Of a DNA stretch of 64,000 bases, positions 49,627 through 58,183 are shown piece by piece. This stretch comes from Candidatus Latescibacterota bacterium. GTDB taxonomy: Bacteria > Latescibacterota > UBA2968 > GCA-2709665. Below the pieces are notes generated by a model. That model was not told the DNA's origin. It worked only from the letters and a program-made list of their open reading frames with translations, and did not search any database. The translations under genes were made by a program, and so were the position numbers. How positions within the stretch are numbered: position 1 is the stretch's first letter; every line of letters begins with the position of its first letter. The stretch lies in assembly GCA_965237675.1 (NCBI GenBank), contig OZ250150.1:1088001-1152000 (forward strand), given 5' to 3'.

Positions 49627-51075
49627 CTACAAGAACGGAAACATCCTCGCTGGCTCGTATCCCGGCATCACCGACCGGTGCTCACGGCCCGCAATCAGAG
49701 TCTCCCCGTCCGTAAACCCCTCGGGCCTCCCGTCAAGAAACCCGATCAACCGTTTCCGCCACGGTGCCAACCGATCCTCCGCGCCATCCCCCGACGCCAG
49801 GTCTTTCAGTTCAAGCGGATCTTCGTCCAGGTCGAACAGGTGCTCCCGGCCCGTCTGTGTGTACCAGACGTATTTATGATGCCCATCCGTTACATAGTGA
49901 TTTCCATGCTCGTACGCATAGCACCCGGAATGCTCGCCGTGCAACACGTCGCGAACTCCGACGGCTTCCCCGCGCAGGACCGGCGCCAGACTCCTTCCCG
50001 TGCACGTTTCCGGCACCTCCAGGCCGCAGGCATCCAGAATTGTCGGCATGATATCCTGAAGCCCCACTGGCGTATGGCACGTCACCGATTCCGGCGCCCC
50101 CCAGCTCTGCGGCGCCCGGATCAGATACGGCACTCTCGCCGACGCCTCATAGGGCCACGTTTTCCGGAACAAGTGATGATCCCCGAGCATCTCCCCGTGG
50201 TCTGACGTGAAGATGATGAGACTCTCATTCAAGACACCCCGCGCGAATTGAATCAGCCTTCCGATCTGATCGTCGATAAAATTCACCATCCCGTAATACG
50301 CCGCCCGCGCGCACTGCATATCGTACGCGCCAAGACAGATTTCCGGCGCATTCGGATCCAACCCCTTTCGCGGCCCGTCGAACTCAGGCGCCCAATCTCC
50401 CACAACGGGTTCGGGCAACGCCCGATTGATATAGCGGTCATAGTAGACCTCTGGGGGCGTCAACGGGGGATGCGGATCGATGAAGGAGAGATTCAGGAAA
50501 AAGGGCGCAGACGGATCCCGCTTCTGAAGAAACGCCATGGCCCGGTCCACGCACCAGAACGTATGCATCTGCTCTTCAGGCAGATGGTGCGGGCGTCCCA
50601 CCCAACCGTTCGACGAAAGGCCGTGCGCCATCCCGGGATCCACTTCCATACGCCCATGCCGCTCGCGCAGCCAATCCACATAGTCGTTCTCCTTCCCCCG
50701 AGTACCATCCGCAAGCTGCATATGGTCGAATCCGTACCGCTTTCGTATCGGGTGCAAATGTAACTTTCCGATCATCTCCGTCTGATATCCCGCCCTGGAC
50801 AGTTCTCCCGCCAGGGTGTGCGACGGTTCCCACTCCGTTCCCTGAAACCCCACCACGCCGTTCGCTGCGGGCGCAGTCCCCGTCATCAGACACCGCCTTG
50901 CGGGAATACAACTCGGACACTCCGAATACCCGCGACCAAAAAATGCTCCCGTACTGCCCAGCCAGTCGAGATTGGGTGTCTGTAGAACCTCCGGCGCTTC
51001 GGGGTCCAGACCCACGCAATCCCCCCGCTGCTGATCCGTCGTAATCAACACCACGTTAGGCCGATCTTTCGGCAT
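49627..51075 (-). CDS. Formylglycine-dependent sulfatase
   Basis: RPNVVLITTDQQR, CIPAR (CxPxR), GKLH, DPHPP, FTSDHGEMLGDH. Confidence 0.93.
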   Translation of the reverse strand: MPKDRPNVVLITTDQQRGDCVGLDPEAPEVLQTPNLDWLGSTGAFFGRGYSECPSCIPARRCLMTGTAPAANGVVGFQGTEWEPSHTLAGELSRAGYQTEMIGKLHLHPIRKRYGFDHMQLADGTRGKENDYVDWLRERHGRMEVDPGMAHGLSSNGWVGRPHHLPEEQMHTFWCVDRAMAFLQKRDPSAPFFLNLSFIDPHPPLTPPEVYYDRYINRALPEPVVGDWAPEFDGPRKGLDPNAPEICLGAYDMQCARAAYYGMVNFIDDQIGRLIQFARGVLNESLIIFTSDHGEMLGDHHLFRKTWPYEASARVPYLIRAPQSWGAPESVTCHTPVGLQDIMPTILDACGLEVPETCTGRSLAPVLRGEAVGVRDVLHGEHSGCYAYEHGNHYVTDGHHKYVWYTQTGREHLFDLDEDPLELKDLASGDGAEDRLAPWRKRLIGFLDGRPEGFTDGETLIAGREHRSVMPGYEPARMFPFL

Positions 51076-51087
51076 TTCACGCTCCTT

Positions 51088-52326
51088 TCACGTAATTCCA
51101 AGCGCCGCGTCTATCTCCGCCTGATAGGCGTCTATCTTACCGGCCTCTACTTCCGACATCCGTACCGCCCGACCCGCCACGGCGGACTCGAAAACCCCAT
51201 ACACCGCAGCCACGTCCTTCATCCCCTCCGTGCCGTCCACCTCCACTTCCTTTCCCTCCGCAATGGCTTCGCCCAACTCGTAGTACTCCATGGCAAGAAG
51301 CTTCAAATCCACCTCGCGGTCCGCCGACGTGACTCCGGTTGGGAAAAAATAGGCCGTCAGCGCATCCGGCTCGAAGCCCTCCGCGCCTGCCAGCATTTCC
51401 TCTTGTTCCTGGAATTCGCCGCGGCCGCGACGCAAACGCACCCGTCCACCGCGTGTGCCAAAACCCTCAACGCACCCCTCCGTGCCGAGAATCAACTGGG
51501 TACCGCATCCTCCATATCCTCCCAACCCAACCACCCAGCTCACGGTGGCGCCATTGGCCATGCGAAATATCGCCACGGACGAATCCTCTGCGTCGGCCGG
51601 AACGGCATGCGCCATGTCTTCGAATTGTTTCCGGTAAAACTCATAGGGCATCCACATCGTCTCGGCCTTTCGCCGCACCGGCTCCACCAGCCGCACATCG
51701 CCGTACACTTCGTGGATATCCCCCATTTGATAACGGATCAGGTCGGTATAGTGTACCCCCATATCCACCAGCGGCCCTCCGCGATTCTTGAGGTGGCGCC
51801 AGGGAGTGATGAAGATCCGGTCCCCCTCGCTCACCTGATGAAACAGACCCATGTACGGAATCCCTATCGCGCCGCTCGCCACCATATGGTGCGCCAGCCG
51901 CGCCGAAGGGTCACGGCGGTAGTTCTCCGCCACGGACAGCACCCGGCCGTTCCGCTCTGCCGCCTGAATCATCATCAAACAAGCCCGAACGGTAATTGCC
52001 ATCGGCTTTTCCACCATCACATGCAGCCCACAGTCCAGCGCCCGGCAGGCCACCTCGTGGTGTACCGACGGATCGGTCACCACGTCCACGGCATTCAGTT
52101 CCGGCATCGCGGCGGCCATTGTCTCCAGATCCGCAAAAACCACCGGCTCGACCCCAAGGAGCTTCCTGGCTTCCCTGGCCGCCATTTCGGCGTTGTCCCG
52201 ATTGATGTCGCACAAGGCCCGCAATTCGATCCTGTTGAACGGCGTCTGTGCAAGCGTCCGCAGACCGTAGAGGTGCCGCGTCCCCATGCCGCCACATCCC
52301 ACCAATCCCAGGTTGATCCGCTCCAT
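51088..52326 (-). CDS. Gfo/Idh/MocA family oxidoreductase
   Basis: GLVGCGGMG, HVMVEKPMA, VAENYRRD, DMGVH; aaggaga RBS before ATG 52326. Confidence 0.9.
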   Translation of the reverse strand: MERINLGLVGCGGMGTRHLYGLRTLAQTPFNRIELRALCDINRDNAEMAAREARKLLGVEPVVFADLETMAAAMPELNAVDVVTDPSVHHEVACRALDCGLHVMVEKPMAITVRACLMMIQAAERNGRVLSVAENYRRDPSARLAHHMVASGAIGIPYMGLFHQVSEGDRIFITPWRHLKNRGGPLVDMGVHYTDLIRYQMGDIHEVYGDVRLVEPVRRKAETMWMPYEFYRKQFEDMAHAVPADAEDSSVAIFRMANGATVSWVVGLGGYGGCGTQLILGTEGCVEGFGTRGGRVRLRRGRGEFQEQEEMLAGAEGFEPDALTAYFFPTGVTSADREVDLKLLAMEYYELGEAIAEGKEVEVDGTEGMKDVAAVYGVFESAVAGRAVRMSEVEAGKIDAYQAEIDAALGIT

Positions 52327-52388
52327 ATCGGTCTCCTTGCTCAAAACTCCCGGCGCGCCTGTCCAGACGCCCTTGACAAGCACGCCAC

Positions 52389-52434
52389 GTTCGCTATCTT
52401 TGCCCCGCCGGGTGGCGGGGCAAAGATAGCGAAC
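52389..52434. other. Perfect 21-bp inverted repeat in a divergent intergenic region
   Basis: gttcgctatctttgccccgcc-gggt-ggcggggcaaagatagcgaac. Confidence 0.8.
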
Positions 52435-52435
52435 A

Positions 52436-52996
52436 GCCGTTAGCAACAACAGCTATCAGCCGACAGCCAACACCGGTTAACGATAGGGCAACGCGATGTC
52501 AATCAGCGATATACGCGCCGCGACGTGGGCAACCACAAGGGTTGCCCCTGCAAACTCAAACACGGCGATGAAGGGCGTCTGCGGTCCATTGTATAAGCCG
52601 TTGATCCACAACATTTGTTGAGAGGTGCATTTCTGGCGCTCGCTCACGGAATATACCCGTCACGCGACCGGTCGTGGTGTGGGGGTTTTTTCCGCGTAGA
52701 TCCGTCCAACCGTGTCGCCTCGTGTATGCTCAGGCGGTCTCAGGGCAATGTCTCACGATTTCTCCACTAAGGAGATTCGCGGAAAAGCCGGCCCCGTGCC
52801 GAACGGCGCCGTTCTTTCGAAACCGGAAGAGGTAAGACGTTAGAAGACCGCCCTGCCCCCCACAGATGGGGCGACCTCTACGGGCTTCCCTTTCGAATCT
52901 CCTCTGGCTTCTCGCTTGCGAGGGTCCAGAGGCGGGAGTGTAATGTGACAAAGTTACCAACCCTTCTCACCTCTTCCTTCTTGCGTCTTACGGTTT
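52436..52996 (+). repeat. Full composite: heptamers + 41-nt spacer + REP + scaffold copy E + nested heptamer-arm element
   Basis: REP 52527-52551; TTTTCCGCG 52688-52696 / CGCGGAAAA 52778-52786; insert 52819-52996. Confidence 0.82.
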
Positions 52997-53000
52997 AACA

Positions 53001-53852
53001 ATGATCCCCCTCGGCTTCAGTACCTACGCCACCCAGGGCGTCGACGTTTTCGACGCTTTGCCGAAAATCCGCGCCATCGGCTACGACGCCATCGAAATTG
53101 CCATTGGCGACGCATGGCCCACCGCGCCCAATAAGCTCGACCGGAATGCGCGCGGCAGACTTGCAGGCACCCTGCGAGATCTCGGCTTCCCGCCACCGGC
53201 CCTCTTCGGACCGGTTCCCACCTGTGCACGAGGCCGCGACCGCCGGACCATGCGAGCCCGTTTCATTCAGAATTGTGTCCTCGCCCGCGATCTGAACTTT
53301 GGAGACGCCCCCAGCGTTCTCACCACCACGGTGAGCGGCCCCCTCTCCAATTGGGAAACCGAGAGAGAAACCGTCGCGGCCGACCTGCTCGAACTGGCGG
53401 ATCTGGCGGCCGCACATCACACTATCCTGGCCGTGGAACCGCATGTCGGCGCAATCTTCGACACACCCGAAAAAGCCGCGTGGCTCATGCAATACACCCG
53501 CCATCCCAACCTCAAAATCCACTTCGACCACAGCCACTTTCACGTGCAGGGCATCGACCTCGCTCGCGCCGCCGAACTGTGCCTCCCGCACACCGTTCAC
53601 ATCCACATCAAGGACGGCTACATGGAAGACGGCGCCGTGACCTTCCTGCTACCCGGCGCGGGCAGCCTCGACCTCGTGGCCTATTTCCGGACGTTGCACA
53701 ACGCGGACACGGCTGTACCGGTTGGCGCTGAAGTCAGCGCCATGATCTGGAACCGGCCTGGATACGATCCGTGGAACGCCGCCGAATTCTGCTACCGCGC
53801 GCTTGCGTCCGCCCGCCGGCAGGCCATCGCGTCGACGTCGGGGCCCGATTAA
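53001..53852 (+). CDS. Sugar phosphate isomerase/epimerase (AP endonuclease 2 TIM barrel)
   Basis: GYDAIEI, LAVEPH, FDHSH, HIHIKD, PGAGSLD. Confidence 0.88.
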   Translation: MIPLGFSTYATQGVDVFDALPKIRAIGYDAIEIAIGDAWPTAPNKLDRNARGRLAGTLRDLGFPPPALFGPVPTCARGRDRRTMRARFIQNCVLARDLNFGDAPSVLTTTVSGPLSNWETERETVAADLLELADLAAAHHTILAVEPHVGAIFDTPEKAAWLMQYTRHPNLKIHFDHSHFHVQGIDLARAAELCLPHTVHIHIKDGYMEDGAVTFLLPGAGSLDLVAYFRTLHNADTAVPVGAEVSAMIWNRPGYDPWNAAEFCYRALASARRQAIASTSGPD

Positions 53853-53892
53853 GAGTTGAAGAGGCAACCCGTATTCCGTGGAGCACACGCGG

Positions 53893-56124
53893 TTAGAACG
53901 TCATCTTCCGTACCGTCCCGATCCGATAGGTGGGGTGTCTCTCCATTTCCAGGGCCGCGTGACAGTAGAACGGGTACACACTCCACTCCACACATCCCAG
54001 CAGATCGGGCTTTCCATCGCCGTTGAAATCTCCCGCCCACGCGTTCGGCCCGTGAATCGTAAACGCGATCTCCTCGCCGTAACACCTGAACTCTCGCGGC
54101 AGGTCGAACACCGGCGCATCCACCGAACCCACGTTGCGCAGCAAATAGATCTTACCCGTCCCCGCGAGATTGTACACCAGGTCGATCAACCCGTCCCCGT
54201 CCCAATCCACGGCGCGGAACGACTCGGTCCAGTGTTTTGTCCGGCCTACAATCGAATCGTTGATCTCCCTCCCGTCCACCAGCCTGACGGGGTCCCCCCG
54301 TGTGAGTCTACGGCGGCCCTCCCCATCCCGATACTGAAGGAAAAGCGTTGCCTTGCGCGTGTGGTCGTGTGCGATAAAGTCCATCAACCCGTCGCCGTTC
54401 CAGTCTGCAAACGCGACCCCGGACCGCCAGAAAAACGGCGAACGCGTGTCGTGCGGATAGGGACTGTTGGGGCGGGTTTCGTCGGAGGCCGCCCTGCCCG
54501 TCTCCGCCCGCAGAACTTCGGAATCCGGGAATCCATCCACTTCCAGAAATCTTCGAGGGCCAAACATCGGTTCTTCGAGCGAGCCGATGTTACGATACCA
54601 CACAATCCGATTGGTTTCGTTCGGCAGCATCAGATCCGGCAGCCCATCCCCGTCCCAATCCACAAACACCGGATAGGGGTACCCCATATTGTGCCAGTGT
54701 TTGCTTTGCAGTATCTCATCGCGCAATATCCGGATCGGCTTACCTTCGGAACAAATCAAATCCGGCTCTGTCCAGACCGGTCGTTCATTGCTGCCGGCAT
54801 TGACAACCACGCGCGGCCACCCGTATCCCCCACCGATCAGGAGATCGTAGACCCCGTCGCCATTCCAGTCGCACAAACACGGCCACGACTGATCGCTCAA
54901 AGACATCACGGCCGACACCGACCGGGCCCTTCCCAGGAGTTCGAAACGTGGTTGGCCCGCCCGCGTTCCGGCGAGTTCATAAAGAGTGAGATTCTGATAC
55001 ATATTGTGCTGCACCAGAATCCCTCTCCGATTGCCGTCCTTAACGGCGCTGAGCCGGCTGCAGAAATCCGGAGACACGTCGCCCAGTTCCTGCCGTGGTC
55101 CGAACCGGGGCGGATCCCCGCCCAGATTCCTTCGCCACGTCAGAGGATGGTTATACCCGCCAACAGGCATCGACATTACGTCCGGTAGTCCATCGCCATC
55201 CAGATCCATGAACGCGAGTTGTTTCCCAACCTCGAAATCCACCGCATCGGCGGCCATGAACGGCCAGCCATCCGGATTCAGATTCCGGATATAGTGCCCG
55301 TTGACCACCAGGTCCGGAGCGCCATTCCCGCTCAAATCCACAATGTGGATCCCCGCGTTTTGTGCAACCGGCGCCGGAATCTCAATGTCCTTCACGAAAA
55401 CGGGCAACCCGCCCCCGTCGCGTTTCCCTGAATTAAGGTAGACTGTCACCCCTTTATCGAGCATCCCCGCGTACACGATATCGGGCAGCCCGTTGCCGTT
55501 CAGATCCGCAAAATCCGCTTCGGCGTACACATCCGGGAAATGCTTGAGCTCGCGCGATCCTCGTTCATCCACGTACCGCAACCGGGCAAGATCTCCAAAC
55601 GTGAAGTCCTCATCCGGTCCCACACGAGGATAACACACAATCCCGCTGATCGGCGAACCCGGTCGATAATAATAATTCCAGCACCCCACCAGATCGGCGC
55701 GGCCGTCACCGGTCATGTCAACGAGCCGCATCGAATGCGAGAGCGCAATCGGCCGCGGGTCCCCCGCATTGTACCGCAGGAGATCTCCGACGCCGATCAT
55801 CGGCGTGTACTCCTGGGGTTGCAACGGGGGCCTTTTCGGCAGGGCACGAAATCGGATCTCATATTCCGTATGGGTCGGATCTTCAACCACCCACTCGATT
55901 CTGCCCCGATCGCCATAGGCGAAGTCCTCGGTCCTTGCGAACGCCATCGCCTCACCCGACACCAAGTCGACAACTTCAATGGAATTCGGATCGAACACAC
56001 CCGAGGCCTGGATCTGCCGCGCCATACGTCCAAAATCCATTTCCACCGACATCGGAATGCGCCCGAGATGCGTGGGCAGCGCCGACGTCACGACGAGACT
56101 GAATCCGTATCGCCCTCCGTTCAT
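53893..56124 (-). CDS. FG-GAP/VCBS repeat protein
   Basis: Repeated D(W/L/F)(N/D)GDG..DL motifs. Confidence 0.85.
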   Translation of the reverse strand: MNGGRYGFSLVVTSALPTHLGRIPMSVEMDFGRMARQIQASGVFDPNSIEVVDLVSGEAMAFARTEDFAYGDRGRIEWVVEDPTHTEYEIRFRALPKRPPLQPQEYTPMIGVGDLLRYNAGDPRPIALSHSMRLVDMTGDGRADLVGCWNYYYRPGSPISGIVCYPRVGPDEDFTFGDLARLRYVDERGSRELKHFPDVYAEADFADLNGNGLPDIVYAGMLDKGVTVYLNSGKRDGGGLPVFVKDIEIPAPVAQNAGIHIVDLSGNGAPDLVVNGHYIRNLNPDGWPFMAADAVDFEVGKQLAFMDLDGDGLPDVMSMPVGGYNHPLTWRRNLGGDPPRFGPRQELGDVSPDFCSRLSAVKDGNRRGILVQHNMYQNLTLYELAGTRAGQPRFELLGRARSVSAVMSLSDQSWPCLCDWNGDGVYDLLIGGGYGWPRVVVNAGSNERPVWTEPDLICSEGKPIRILRDEILQSKHWHNMGYPYPVFVDWDGDGLPDLMLPNETNRIVWYRNIGSLEEPMFGPRRFLEVDGFPDSEVLRAETGRAASDETRPNSPYPHDTRSPFFWRSGVAFADWNGDGLMDFIAHDHTRKATLFLQYRDGEGRRRLTRGDPVRLVDGREINDSIVGRTKHWTESFRAVDWDGDGLIDLVYNLAGTGKIYLLRNVGSVDAPVFDLPREFRCYGEEIAFTIHGPNAWAGDFNGDGKPDLLGCVEWSVYPFYCHAALEMERHPTYRIGTVRKMTF

Positions 56125-56128
56125 GCCA

Positions 56129-56668
56129 TCACTCTGCCTTCAACCGATCCTGAAACGCCTCCCTGAACCACTGCATCTTCGGATCGATCGCGAATACGCA
56201 GTAGGGTTGGGCGCGATTCGAGCGATAGTAGTTCTGATGATAATCCTCGGCCCTGTAGAATTCGGTCAGCGGTGAGATCTCCGTCACGACCGGATCCGGC
56301 CACAACTCCGACGTATCCGTCTCCGCCATGGACTGTGCCGCTTCTGCGCGCTGTTGCTCGTCGTGATAAAAAATCACCGACCGGTATTGCGTGCCCACGT
56401 CCGCCCCCTGCCGGTTCAGCGTTGTCGGATCGTGAGTGCGCCAGAACACGTCCAGCAGGACCCGATAGGAAACCGTCTTCGGATCGAATCGAATCTGCAC
56501 GACCTCGGCATGCCCCGTGGTTCCGTCGCACACCTCCCGATAGGTCGGTTTCGGAACCGAGCCTCCCGCATATCCGGAAACCACTTCCAGCACCCCTTGC
56601 AGGTCCTGATAAAACGCCTCCACGCACCAGAAGCATCCCCCTCCGAACGTCGCCAGTTCTTCGGCCAT
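56129..56668 (-). CDS. msrA: Peptide-methionine (S)-S-oxide reductase
   Basis: GGCFWC, GYAGG, TGHAEVVQ, RQGADVGTQYRS, AEDYHQNYY. Confidence 0.96.
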   Translation of the reverse strand: MAEELATFGGGCFWCVEAFYQDLQGVLEVVSGYAGGSVPKPTYREVCDGTTGHAEVVQIRFDPKTVSYRVLLDVFWRTHDPTTLNRQGADVGTQYRSVIFYHDEQQRAEAAQSMAETDTSELWPDPVVTEISPLTEFYRAEDYHQNYYRSNRAQPYCVFAIDPKMQWFREAFQDRLKAE

Positions 56669-56687
56669 AATCGTCTCCTGGATGAGT

Positions 56688-56951
56688 TTACTTTCTCGAC
56701 ATCCCCCGGGTATACACCTTGCCCTGGATAATCTTGTGCGCCGGTCGCCCGCCCATCATCCGGTCCCGTGCAAACGCCTGCCCGCATTTCGGACACTTCA
56801 AATCTCCGTGGGTGAAGTCCTCCACAATCCGTTCCACGAAGCACTTGACCAGGCCACCTCTGCCGCCCTTTTGGTACCTGTAAAGCAGCGTCCGGCACCT
56901 GGCGCAGTGGATCGAAATGGTCCGTCGATCGACCCGCTCTTTGCGCACCAT
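56688..56951 (-). CDS. Small basic zinc-ribbon protein
   Basis: CARC..KC..CPKC; 4 nt after the phyH stop, 19 nt before msrA. Confidence 0.65.
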   Translation of the reverse strand: MVRKERVDRRTISIHCARCRTLLYRYQKGGRGGLVKCFVERIVEDFTHGDLKCPKCGQAFARDRMMGGRPAHKIIQGKVYTRGMSRK

Positions 56952-56955
56952 AGCT

Positions 56956-57942
56956 CTACTCCGGCCGCAGTTCCCCCAGCGACGATTCGCCCGGCGAAAT
57001 GAATTCCACCGCCGGGTTTTCGACACGGCCGTACGCGTTCCACACCTTGAACCCGAGCAGCGTCAGCAACTCGGGCGGGGCATCCTTCAGTACGTCGGGC
57101 GACGTTCCAACGGTGAAATTTTCCTGCGGCCGGAACTGTGGACCGCAGAACGTCGTCAGCAGTGCAAGCCGTTGACCGCCCGTCACGTTGGCCCCGGTAC
57201 CGTGCCAGATTCGCGCATCGATTATCAGGGCCGTGCCCGCCGGGCCCTCCGCGGCCACCGCCTCCACATCGGAAGCCCTATCTGGCTGCCGACCGAACAA
57301 GTGGCTGCCGGGAACGACGCGCGTCCCACCGTTTCCGGCGGTGAAATCCACAAGCATCCATAACACGTTCACCGCTGCCGCCGGCGCGATCATATGTGGG
57401 GCGGCGTCTCCGTCCAAATCAAACCGCTCCCGGGTAATCGAGCCCACCGGCAATGCCCTCCGGCCCGGCCGTGTGGGCGAGGGCATCCACCACTGGTCCG
57501 TATGCAGATCCATCTCCACGCCCCCGGGCTTGGCGATATTCGCCGTAAAGCTCGAAAGCAGGTACTCCTCGCCCAGAACGTGGCCAATCACCTCTCGCAC
57601 CCGTTCCTGAAACAACACCTGATGAAACAACCGCCCCTTGTTGATCAACATCCAAAGCCGCTGGTTGACGCCCCCGTGGGCCGCCGTGAACGCCTCCGGC
57701 CGCACCTGCCCCCTCTCGTCCCGAAACGATCCCCAGTTCTGGTCCGGCCCCCCGTCTTCATACGCGGCGCCCACCTGTTTTTCCGCTTCGGCCTGCTCCA
57801 ACAGCCGTTTCCGCATGGCCGCCACCTGGTCCCGGCTCAACGCGTCCTTCAGTAAACAGTATCCGAACCGCTCGATATTTGACTTCGCCACCGCCAGGTC
57901 GCCAGTAAGCCGGGGCAACCGATCGCTTCCCGAACCGGCCAT
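56956..57942 (-). CDS. Phytanoyl-CoA dioxygenase (PhyH) family Fe/2OG enzyme
   Basis: LHTDQ, DFTAGNGGTRVVPGSH, RIWHGTGAN. Confidence 0.9.
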   Translation of the reverse strand: MAGSGSDRLPRLTGDLAVAKSNIERFGYCLLKDALSRDQVAAMRKRLLEQAEAEKQVGAAYEDGGPDQNWGSFRDERGQVRPEAFTAAHGGVNQRLWMLINKGRLFHQVLFQERVREVIGHVLGEEYLLSSFTANIAKPGGVEMDLHTDQWWMPSPTRPGRRALPVGSITRERFDLDGDAAPHMIAPAAAVNVLWMLVDFTAGNGGTRVVPGSHLFGRQPDRASDVEAVAAEGPAGTALIIDARIWHGTGANVTGGQRLALLTTFCGPQFRPQENFTVGTSPDVLKDAPPELLTLLGFKVWNAYGRVENPAVEFISPGESSLGELRPE

Positions 57943-58183
57943 AAAAACACCTCCACCTTGGTTCGAATTCATTACAACCCGTTCAAAAACACACTCTATA
58001 TGCTACACCTGGATCCCGACCAAGTCAACCCCTTCCGCTACGGCCCGCACCTTGCCCGGGGCAACAAAGAAGTCTTGAAATCCCCCTAATTTTTTTTGTA
58101 TTTTGAATCCATCGAAGCCAGTTGCAAAACCCGGAGTCATGCCTTTTCCGTATCAGCTCCGACCACCCCGCAGTGAGGATTGT

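Noticed and set aside
3541-52817. DGR template/variable repeats as the explanation for the 81-nt loops or kelch variation
   Set aside because: No reverse transcriptase in the window, and by eye the substitutions are not adenine-specific on either strand.
3541-52817. Riboswitch or cis-leader interpretation of the scaffold element
   Set aside because: Only three of five copies precede a co-oriented gene, the downstream genes are functionally unrelated, and I recognise no aptamer consensus.
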